DNA of 64,000 nucleotides, taken from the IMG/VR virus record IMGVR_UViG_3300036770_006893, positions 62,001-126,000 of that record; one strand, written 5' to 3'. The notes beneath the pieces are model-generated. The model was not told the DNA's origin. It made no database searches and was given only the letters and a program-made list of their open reading frames with translations. Shown here piece after piece: positions 20,101-32,100 of this stretch; position 1 is the first letter of the stretch, and every line of letters starts with the position of its first letter. Made by a program: the position numbers and the translations under genes.

Positions 20101-23100
20101 CTTTTTTAGACGAAGCGGAGTGATGTTACCGCAATCTAACATAATAACCCTCGGCGACCAAGTAGGATCTCTTAGTACAGCAGAGAAAAAAGCTAGGGCG
20201 CTCTATGCTATAGTTAAAAAATATGGAAAAGTTGATTTTTTTGATGACGACACAGCTAATATAGATGCTGCAAAAATGGTTAGGGGAGTAAGCGCCAGAA
20301 AAGTATCAGTAATGAAAAATTTGGGTGGCTTTGTTCAGAAGTTCATGGCTGGCAAAGCCGTAAAAAGAATGCCCGATTTGCCGCCTGATATTAAGGCGCT
20401 AATAACTAGAGAAGCGCGTCTAGGCATAGGCAAAGAAGACCCAGCACTACAATCCGCCTTATTAAATTTGGTAGCTAAGAGAAATAGATCTGTAGGAACA
20501 ACAGAATTAGCTAGTAGACTTGCGGGCTTAATCAAATCAAATCAATTAACTCCACGACTGGCTAATCAAATGCTGTCTACAGGAGGATTAGCAATACCTA
20601 CAGGACCAGGAGGTAAAACAACCATACAAGCATTATCTTTGGAGGCTCTAGGACCAAAAGACACAACCAAATACACAAGAAATATAGGAGGAAGAGAAAC
20701 AGATATTCTTAGAGCTTCTCCAACACCTGATTTATCAGCACGGCTGACTAGAGATTTAGTGCAAGGCACCAGAATAGGCATTGCTAGATTCATACGAACC
20801 GGATTAACAGAATATGCTATGCAGAGTCCAGAAAATAGACGGAGCCTAATTGATAGGGGAATTAAATTTGATAGCAAAGGCAGGGCAATACCCCCTAGGT
20901 CTGCTGTTGATGCTGCTATGTCGCATGGAGATGCTGGTAATTTTTTGGGCCCATTATTCGAAAAGGGAATCATTGGATTGGGAGCACAAGCTGGACCAAG
21001 CCTTCCTGGAAAAGCAGCACCGATAGACACATCAAGAGTCGGAGATATAGTAGCAAGCATTATGAGAGGAGGGGCGCCGATATCCGCTGAACTCCCAACA
21101 GAACTTAGGGCAGCCAAAGCTAAAACACGAGCATCAGCAGGTATTCCTAATATTAATAAAAGAGGATTAGTCAATCAAATATTGAGATTTTTTAAATTAC
21201 CAGGACTAAAGTTTGCGCAAGGAGGACTCGTTCCTGGTGTGTCTTCTTCACGAGCTAGAGAAGCTATATTAGGAAAACAGCTTAGTGGAGTTGAAATGAT
21301 CAGAGCCGCTAGGCGCGCTGGTTATGATATAGAAGAATTAGACAACGGATTGATTAGGTTATCTCGTAATAATAAGACTATGCACACACTGAGCCGACAG
21401 GAGGCGTCTAAGCTTCTGGGTAGTATGACTACTGGTTATAATCTCGGTGGAATGATACAAAAATTTGCTAGGGGGGGGTCTCCAAAAGATACTGTACCAG
21501 CACTGCTAACCCCTGGTGAGTTTGTAATTAATAAGAAGGCTGCTGCCAGACTAGGATCTAGTAAATTACATCGATTAAATAAAGCTGATAAAATTAGTGG
21601 CTTTAACACCGGAGGAGAAGTTGGTCGTGTGCCAACATTTTCTTCTGGTGGTGATGTTCAGAGATTCTTTTTTGGAGGAAGAGCAAGTGCTAGACCAGGA
21701 ACCGAGGCAAATACATCAAATCTTATGATAGCAGGAAATGTGACGACCCAACTTAGAGAGGTCGCTACTGCTTTACAAGAATTAGGCGCGGCTTCGTCTG
21801 CTTCCGCTGATATTTTAAGAAGAGGAGGTAGAATAAGCGTAGAGTCAGCAAATGCTGCTTATGAAGCTGATATACTAAGAATGAGAGTTGCCGGAGCGCC
21901 AATGGATGCTGTAATTCAGGCAGAAACACGTTTGGCAAATATGAGAAGACAAGCTCAGACTCAAGTAGCTGCACAAAGACAATTAGCCGGCGTTGGCGGA
22001 GCGCAACTAGAGAGAGTAGACACAACGGCCCAACAAAATATACAAAGAATGATACAAAGAGCCCAAAACTCTGGGGTTGATCTCAACGAAGCTCAAAGAG
22101 CTAGAATCGAAGATTTAGGATATCGTAGAGCGGCTCAAGCAGGAGGATTATCAGCAGCTCAAACTGCAGGTTTAAGTGGTAATGATATTAGGCAGTTTAT
22201 TAATAGCGCTATGGGAGATCCTAGAACATTCGAACAAATGAACAGACAGTTTGAGGCTAGAAGACGAGCTGAGTTAAACAATCAATATATTGCTGAAAAT
22301 AGATTTGGTGGTGATCGGAGACGTATACTGCAACAAGCGAGTAGAGATGCTGCTGAAGAAGCCAGAATACGAAGACAAACACTAAATCAAACACGAGGAG
22401 CAGCAGGCCCAGGAGGTACTCGTGGACAGCGAATGCAACAAGGTATGTTTGCGGCTAGTTTTGCACTACCCATGCTAGCACAAATGCTTGCTGGAGATCC
22501 TTCCAGAGCAACTAGTGCTGGTGGAGCCGCAATGTCTGCTGGTATTCAGGGTGGTGCTAATGCTTTAGCTTTGGGTACAATGTTATCAAGCCTCGTCCCC
22601 CCAGGACTGCCTCAAGTTTTTGTCGGCGTTGCAACAGCTGCCGGGGCTGTGGCTCAGGGATTTATAGATGCGCGTAATGCGACTATAGAATTTGAAAAAA
22701 ATATGTCAGCTAAAAAAGTGGAATTTGCGATAGCCGACACGGTAAGGCTTTTTGATAAACTGTCTAAAGATATTAAAAATATAGATGTTCAAAACGCTAT
22801 AGGTGATAAGCTAGTAGAAGCCGCCAAAGCCGCAGAAAGATCAATAGAAATTCAATCCAATACAGCCAGAGCATTTTGGATAAATATGATAGATGCTTTT
22901 GCTTCAAACGGTAGAGAAGCAGCACAAAGGGCCCAAATTTTAGAAAAATATGGAACCACAGCTTATTTATCAACAACTACTATAGGCCAATCTTTTATGG
23001 GAGGTTCTGGAACAGCGCAACAAAGAGCTGAACGCCGCAGGTCTAACTTTGCTATGGAAATGGCTCCAGAGCAAGCTAGAGAAATTTCTAGACAATTTTC

Positions 23101-26100
23101 TGAAATAGCAGATAGTTCAAACAAGCTTTTAGAAGAAAAAATTCGTAGTGGATTAAATATTGAGCAGTATATAAATACAGATGAATTTAAGGGTCTTAGC
23201 CAAGCAATAGCACTATCAAATGCCGCTATTGCTGAACAAATTCTCAATATTAGAGCCAGTACTGTTTTGACCCAGGCTCAAAAAACAGCACAAGAAAAAC
23301 TTATTATATCAACATATGCTGAACAAGAAGCGCGTAAAAGAGCAGCTGCAATAACGAGAGAGCTTGAAATAAAACAGGCCCAAAAAGTTGTGAATCAATT
23401 GGCTCGGTCTTTGGATCGTATGTTTGGTAATATGGAACAGGCTATAAATAAGACAAATTTTGCACTAGAAAAAATGAGTCGAGATTTGGATCTGGTTTCA
23501 TCCTCTCTAACCGGACAGGCTAAATTAGGTGAAAGATCAATACAGGCGATTAATGTATTGCAAAACCCTAGAGCCTATGGCTCCGGAGAATTGAATATGG
23601 CTCGCGGTCAAGCTGCTGGATTTTTTGGAGATAGTGGAAATATCATTCGTGGACTATTGACTCTTGGAGATGATATTGAAGCTAATATAATGGGCACTAT
23701 TAATAGGACATTAAGAGATACTAGAGATGATTCTCCTGGTAAAATAGCTATAGCTATACAAAAATCCGTTAAGGAAAAATTAGCAGGGCTAGCTTTACCA
23801 AAAGATCTATCGGATAAATTAGCTCGTGAAGTATCCAAGGCTCTAGAAGAAATACGTAAAGATGGTGAAGACCAAGCGGATTTTACACAGCTGGAAGAAA
23901 AACTACAAGATTTAAACAAAATTATTGATAGTACAACGAAAGCTCAAGACATAGCTATTAAAGCGTTAGAAACATGGCAAAATGCTCTAAATTCATATTC
24001 TTCTTCTATGAATTCTTTGGTCGATCTACAAATAGACTATCAGTCCAGACTAAGAACCAGTAATGATATTCTTTTGGATGGTCAGGCATCATTAGCTAGA
24101 TCTCTCGGTAAAGATATTGGACTGGAGTCTATAGCTAATCGACGCAATTTAAGAATTGCTCAACAAACTGGAGGAGCTACGGCCCCACAGGATATTTTTC
24201 GCAACATAAATAGACTAGAATTATTGAGGGCGCAACAAGAAAACGCTTCGAATGTAGCTGCTCAAAGAGGCCCATCTGGAGCTAAAGATTTTGTAGAAAT
24301 GCAAAATAACCTTAGGTCTACTAATGTTGCACTAAGAGAAAATTTTGATGCGCTAAAAAATCTTGCTGAAAATTCCGATTTAGCATCAGCCGCTCTTAAT
24401 AAGATACAAGAAGCACAACAAAGACAACAGGGAAAAGTTTCTTTTATCGAAAAGCTTGTGACCTCAACACCAGAAGAATTAAGTGGACTCAATCGAGCTT
24501 TCGTAAGACTGCAAAACAATATTAATGGTCAGGTTAATACTATCAATAATAGTGTTGGTGCCCAACGAGCCTATATTGAAGCCATCAGAAGTGGATCCAA
24601 TGCTTTTGAAGCTATGAAGGCTGCGCAAGATGCTTTTGCGAACGAAAGAAGAGAGACTCTGTCGGCTCTAAATGATATACTACCATTTTTAGGAGGAGGA
24701 AATAAAGCAAATCAAATAAGAGCCAATACTTTAGAATCAATGCTAGCTGAGTCTGGTGTTGGTGTCTCTCCTATGTTTCAAGATATATTAAACTCTCTTA
24801 GAGATCCAGAACTAGATCCAGAAACACAAAAAGCCATTGCTCTTTATGAACAGGCCAACATTCTTCAGGTTAAGGCCAACGATTTTCTTGCTCAAATTAA
24901 TCTAAAACTAGGTGAACAAACAGCAGAAGCAGCAGCCAAAGCTATAGCAACGGCTCTTTCTTCTGTGGTGCTAACATTCAAAAATGCTGAACAAGCAGAC
25001 ATAAATAGAGGACTTATTCCACAAAATAGAGCTAAAGGAGGAATAATTTATGCCTCCAAAGGAGTTTTTGCACCAAAAGGAACAGATACTGTTCCAGCGA
25101 TGTTAACTCCTGGAGAATTTGTCGTTAATAAAAATGCTACAGCAAAAAATTTACCTCTATTAAAAAGCATTAATAGCCAGACTCTTAGTTCTGGAGGTAA
25201 AGTAAAGTATTATGCTCGTGGAGGCTTAGTAAGTAGTTACTTAAGTACCAACGCTCAGTCTAGGGACGATTTTCAGCAAACAAAAGACAAATTTCTAGAT
25301 CTTTCTGAAAATGAACAACTATTTCAGGATGTGTCAAAGACATCACTATTTAGATTACCAAGCACATATATCAGAAAACCACAAGCTGGATTACAAACAC
25401 CCAGTAAATCATCTCCCGCAAGAGAAAGATACGATGATCGGCCAAATAAATATCGCTTAAAAGAATTATATTCTAATTCTGGAGAAATACTACCAGGATA
25501 CGTAACTAGTAAAATAGATTTAGGCCCCTATTATTATAGTGTTCCGTCTATGGCTACGGTCGCTAACAGAGAACTAGGCAAGTATTTAGAGCCTGTTAAT
25601 TTGATTCCTGCTGGTATTAAAACCACAATTTTAGGACTAGACTCCACAGATTTAGACATATCGTCTAAAAAATATAGCAAAAAAGATTTTGCTGAATATA
25701 AGAAAAAATTAGAGACGTTAAATATAGAAAGATTTAATTGGATTAACAACCCAGCAAGCTTTGCGCTCAGAGCATTAGAGGGTGTTACACAAGAATATCC
25801 TTCAAATATAGATCCAACCGCTTTAAACAATAGATTTTTTGATCCTAATTCTAAGCAAAAGCTAAGCTCTATCTATCCATCAGATGCAGGTCTCAGAACT
25901 TCTTCTGTTCCTTTTAAATATGCTAAAATTTTATCTGACAACCGATCTGATTATTTCGGTATTACTACTGGTTCAATAGGAACAGAGCCTCCAAATGGAG
26001 ATTTTTCATCTGGCCCCACTTTATCTAAAACAATAGATACAATGTGGGCTAAGGTATGGAATATAGATAAAAATAAAGCTTTGTCTCCACAGAGAGCCAA

Positions 26101-29100
26101 AGATATACTTAACTATAATCGCAAACAATTTAAGCTTATAAATAAAACTGTTCAAGCAGCTAAAGATAATTTTAAAGATATAGAGCTAGAAGATTCTGGC
26201 GAATTAAAAGACTATTTTGAGCTACAGCAGCAGTTGGGTAATCTATATAATAATTTTTCTATATACGAGGACTTTAATAAGCTGGATTTATTTGCAAATC
26301 CGCTATTATCTAATGCTAAATCACTAACAGTATTGTCTAATACTTCTGTTGCTAGATCAGATCTAAAAAAATATATCGAAAACCAACAAGCCCAGCTCGC
26401 TCAAGGAGTCGCCCCAGACAATAACGATAATCCAATCCTTATTGGTCTTAGAGATCCGCTTCCGCCAGATCTACAAGACGCAACCAACAAGTGGGTTAAA
26501 AAAACTGAATTTGATATTTTTTCTAGAGATGGGACCGGCCCAGTCAAAACTTTCCCATTCTTAATTAATGCAGATGCCAGAGATTTAGGCGAGGGTTTTA
26601 TGAAGAGAGCCGCTGTTGCTCTACAGGCCCAAAAAGATGCTATAGAAACAAGCATGGTAATAGATAATAATAAAATGACGCTTACGCTTGGCGCCGGTAA
26701 GAACATAGAGCTCCCCTATTCTGCAACATACACAAAATATAGTGGTCCTTTGTGGGATTTAAACAATAATACTTTTAGTGATGATAAAAATAAACAGCTC
26801 AAAGATTTATTCCTTCCAGATAAGGGTGCTGAAAATTCTATTTTTTCTAGTTTAGATACTAATGGAAGTAGATTATTTAAAAGGGGTGGTGTTTTTGATC
26901 TAAATAATATTCAACAAAGTATACCAGCTGACAATATCAATAAATTAATAGATTTGGTAAAAAATAATTCTGAACAAAATTTAATAGATAAAGAAATACA
27001 AAATATAAAAAATCAATCATCATTAACATTTAGACATATTGGAGATAATCAGGGATCACTAATTAAACTACAAAGAGCTATTGGTAAAGAAGTTTTTGTA
27101 GGCTATTCTCAATTAGCAAACACACCTGTTGATTTTGGAGCGTTTGTTGCTCAAGGTGTTATAGACTATGCTAAAAATTTAAAACAAGAAGCTGGAATAG
27201 CAGCTGGTCGTGCTCAGGGAGCAGATGATCAAGACCGAGTAGTATCAGATGTTCCGATGGCATTGCAACAACTAACAAAAGGAGCATTGAATGTATTTGG
27301 TAGAAGGCCTATTCCAGGTATAGGTCGTGGATGGCTAGCAAATAACATAAGACCGCTTATTGGATTAATGTCTAGACAGGGTCGCGGCAGAGCACCCGGT
27401 CTTACTAACGATCAAGCTAGAGGAGCATCTGCGTATATTAGAGATGTGATGAATAATGTTGGTGGATATGTTAATCAAATATCCGGAAGAGTATCCAATC
27501 CTGTGCTATACAATAGCTTAAAGGATACTTTAATTCTTATACAAGGTGCCTATAAATCATTTGATGCGCTGGCCAGATCAGATAGTGCAGATTTAGCACA
27601 AATGCTGAAATCTAATCTGGATCCAGAATCTATATTCCGTAGTTTTGGTTCTGGTGCTATGCTTGATAGAATAGCCATGAGCGAACTATCTGGCGACTAT
27701 AAGAATATTCTTGGTCAGCAGCTACGTGGGTCAAAGATAGCAACGGTTGGTGATAATGGCGATATTAAGCTACAAGAAGCGGCCAATCTTGAATTTAGAA
27801 ACTATAAAGACTTAATCAAATTGGCCATCAACCCGTATAATGAGTTTTCTTCTGTAAAAACTAGAAGAGGTATTTTTGGTAAGCTTACGAACGATATTTC
27901 TGGTGCTGTTGATAATAGGGGTATGCCTTATTTTGATCCTAACACACTCAATTTCTTATTAACTTCGCTCAATCAGCTAGATAAATGGTATGGTGGTGTT
28001 GGTCCTTGGCTAGGTCAAGACTATCTCTTTGATAAGACCTTAGACCCGGATCCTGCTACACGATCTCAAAAATTCCTGGCTAGTTTGCAGAAGGCCCAAG
28101 GAATATATGAATTATCTAATGTTGCCTATCAAAATCTTGGTGGGGCTGGTAAGTTTGGTCCAGTTTTACCAAATAAAGAATGGTTTCAAAATCGTATAGA
28201 TGCTGGCAACTTTGCTACCGGCGGTATGGTTTATGCGTCCGGTGGAACACTAGTTAACTATCAGCCACGAGGCACAGATACTGTTCCTGCTATGTTAACT
28301 CCGGGAGAGTTCGTGGTCAACAGATCTGCTACAAGAAAAAACCTGCCACTATTACAGCAAATTAATAGCGGTTACTTAGCAGAAGGCGGTATGGCCGAAA
28401 GTGCTGGTGTTAGTAGATTAAGATGGACTCCAGAAGGACGAACACGAGCTATAGAACAAAAGGACACAATCACCCCAAAACTAAACAATATAAATAAAAA
28501 CGTTCTCAATAATTTTACTAGTATTACATCTATTCAAAAAGATATTAAAAATATTAAAGATAGCATAAATAACAATACGCAATCTTTACAACAAACTATA
28601 AGCCTACTAAATATTAAATTTACTGAATTACAAAACCTATCTCAAGCCTTGGCTCCGTTTGTTTATAGTCAGTTACTGGTGGCTTTAAGAAATTTCTGGA
28701 GTAGTTTAGGAACAGCCATTATAACACAGGGACTCGGTAATGGTGCGCCATGGCCTCCTGCTCCGTTTAGCGATGGAGGAATTGTATATGCTAGCAAAGG
28801 ACAGCTCATTAATTTTCAACCAAAGGGAACCGATACTGTCCCGGCAATGCTTACTCCGGGCGAGTTTGTTGTTAATGCTAAAGCAACTAAAAATAATTTG
28901 GGATTATTACAAAGTATAAATAATGGAGTTGGTGGGTATAATAGGGGTGGAGTGGTTTATTTGGAAGATGGCGGCTTAACTCCTGGAGCAAAACAATCAT
29001 TAATAGACTTACAAAATCAAGGATATAATTTACAAGATATTGTATCTGGTAAAACAAGAATTCCTGGTATTATAGTAGAGACATCTAAAAAACAATATGA

Positions 29101-32100
29101 TCCTATGATGCCAACAAAACCGGCCCCAAACATAGAAACATATAGAGAAAATCCAAAATTATGGAACGGATTTAAAGACTCTAGTGGTTTTTGGTGGAAT
29201 AAAAGAGGAGAATCTGTCATAAGCGCATATGGGACTCCCCCAGTATTGCCAAATTTTCAAGAAAGAATGCAAGCATTTGAGTCTATTGTAAGTGCTTTTG
29301 CCGGGGCGGGCGGAGTAGGAGGTGGTCGCGGAAAACTAGCAGATGTTCGTGGCCTGCCTGCTGGAATGCCAATGCAGAGAAACGCTCCCGGACCATTAGG
29401 AACTAAAGTCGCTATTCCATATCTTATTGGTAGACCAAATCCCAATAATGCACCAAGAGCTAATTCAATGGGTCTCACATTAGACGCGATTAGAGATCCG
29501 CTAACAGGAAACTACTACGTATCAGATACTCCCGCAAGAAATATTACTATTTCTGGACGCCAAGGATTACCAGCGCCAAAAACTAGACAAAGAACAAAAT
29601 CACCTCTAGATTTAGAAAATGGTAAAATACCAGATTCTATTACTAATCCCAAATCCAAAGAATTTATGCATCTTGCGATAAAAGAAATGATTGGATATAC
29701 TGAATTCATGAATCTGGTTAAGCTAAAAGTACAAAGATCAGATAGGACATACTCTAGCTTATTAAAATTTTTAGCCTTAGATATATTTCCAAAAGGAAAT
29801 GCTTATGGAGTTGATTCTCTAGATAAAGCTATTTCATTTTTTAATACTCCAGAAGGTATAGAATTATATAATACAAAAATATCTCCAAAAATAGGCGTTG
29901 TTCCAGAGATAGGTGGATATAACGCATCTATAATTAATCAAAATTCTAAAACAGGTGGCGGAGGCATTACAGGAAGACTATTAAAAGAATTATTTCAACA
30001 AAATATATTTCATATTAGTAAAAGATCAGCAAATGTTCCAGACGATCTTAATTCCAGAATGGCGTCGTTGATTCCCCCAACAGCTGGATTGCTATATGAT
30101 GACAATATAGCAAAACTATTATCTTCCGCTGGCGTTACGCCAAAAGTAGATTCGAATAGAGTTAGTTATGTATTTGATGTCGCTGAAGCAGGGAAAGACT
30201 GGGGGTTACTTACTCCAGATCAAAGGGCCCATCTACAACAATTTGCTCCAAAAGCAACTGGCAGCGAATCATCTAATATGAAAAGAGGTCAGCTTAGGAC
30301 ATCATCCAGAGAAAGATTAGGTGATGGGCCGCCTAGCTTATCGAAATTTGGAACAGCCACTCCTAAAAAATCTTTTCACGGATCAGGATCAGAAATTATT
30401 CAAGTAGACCCAATGAAGCTGAACCAGGGTATGCTTGGTGAGGGTTTTTATGTGGGTTTTGATGCTAACGAAGCACCTATTAATTTTTTAAAGATGAGAT
30501 TAGACAGCTGGTTACTAGCTAACAAGCTAAAACCAGGAAATATTACACCAGAGCAATTAGCGCAATTTAAGGGTGGTATATATCCAGTTGATATATTAGG
30601 AGGCATTGATGACTTTTTGGCTGCTGATCAAATTCTAAAAGACAATCCGGCAGCGTTAGCAAAAATAGAAAATATATACAAAGACTTAGGACTAAGAAAA
30701 GTTTCTCTTGGACCAATAGAATATAAAAATGATCCAACGACAGGAAGAGCAAAAGCAGTAAGAACAGAAGGACCGCTTGATCTACCATCTGCCACAGTTA
30801 TGCAGGTTTACGACAATATTCAAAACCAGCTAGCAGCTAAATATGAAACTGAATTTGCTGGTAAATCCAATATTCCTGATCCAAGATTTGAGGCGCTCAC
30901 AAGATCAGCTACAGATATGAGAAATATATTTGTAAAATATGGCATACCCGGATTTACCGATTTAAATAATGCTCGTAGTCAAGGCTCGATGGCAGCTATA
31001 TTTGATTTGAATAGAATTAAATTAGGTAAGGCATATATTCCTGATAAAATACTCAAAGAAATAATGATGCCCATTGATCAAAATACTTATAAAGATATTG
31101 ATGGCGACTTAGAAATATTAGAATCTGTAAATAAAAAGAAAGGAGGTATAATTTATGCTAGCAAAGGCCAGTTTATAAACTTCCAACCTCGTGGCACCGA
31201 TACTGTTCCCGCAATGTTAACGCCTGGAGAATTCGTAGTTAACCGAACGGCCACACAGAAAAACCTACCTCTGTTAAAAGCTATTAATAGCGGTGTTGAC
31301 GGATATAGCAATGGAGGAGTTGTTTATTTAGCTGCTGGTGGCAGGCCACAGCGTACAACTCGAGATAAAAATAAGCTTGATATTAGAGAAATAGATAATA
31401 GATTCAGGTCGCAAATGACCAGTCGCAATGCTCAACAAATGGCCGAGGCCGCCGCAAACAGAGAAGGCAAGCTATGGGTATTCATGGTTAAGACTAGAGA
31501 TAATAATGGCGCAGAAACAACGGGCTTTTTAACAAAGGATCCTAATAACCCCAATCAGCCGGCACCAAAAAATATTCCGCCACAAACAGAATCTTTACTT
31601 GCGAATAGACTAGATGAAATATTTACTCTAAGAGCAAGAAATGAAAAAGAGGCCATGGATGCCTACAAAGAGATGAATGTAGCCGGACTGTTACCTGAAG
31701 TCAAACCAGCCTCAGCTCAACAAGCACTGAACAAGGCTAGAAAAAAATGGATGCAGCAACCACTATATGCCAAGATTTTTGATGAACTAGCTTATCAAAT
31801 TAATTTAGATCGAAATCAATTTAGCATATTTAATCCTGATTTCTTCAATCGAAATGTTAATGTTGATGAAAATATAAAGCCAATTATGGCTATTGTTGAT
31901 AATATGGATCCCAACAACCCCGCATCTGTTGCTTTGGGCGTTCCAGCAATATTAACTAAATTAAGACCAATAGTTCAAAGAATTAATTATTTGCGACACA
32001 TTATTAGAAACAATGAGCAGGCCCTAACAGCAGTTAAGAGTGCGATAGCCTCAGGCCTAAATATAAACGATCCTGCTAATATGAGAAAAGCTTTCGAAGG

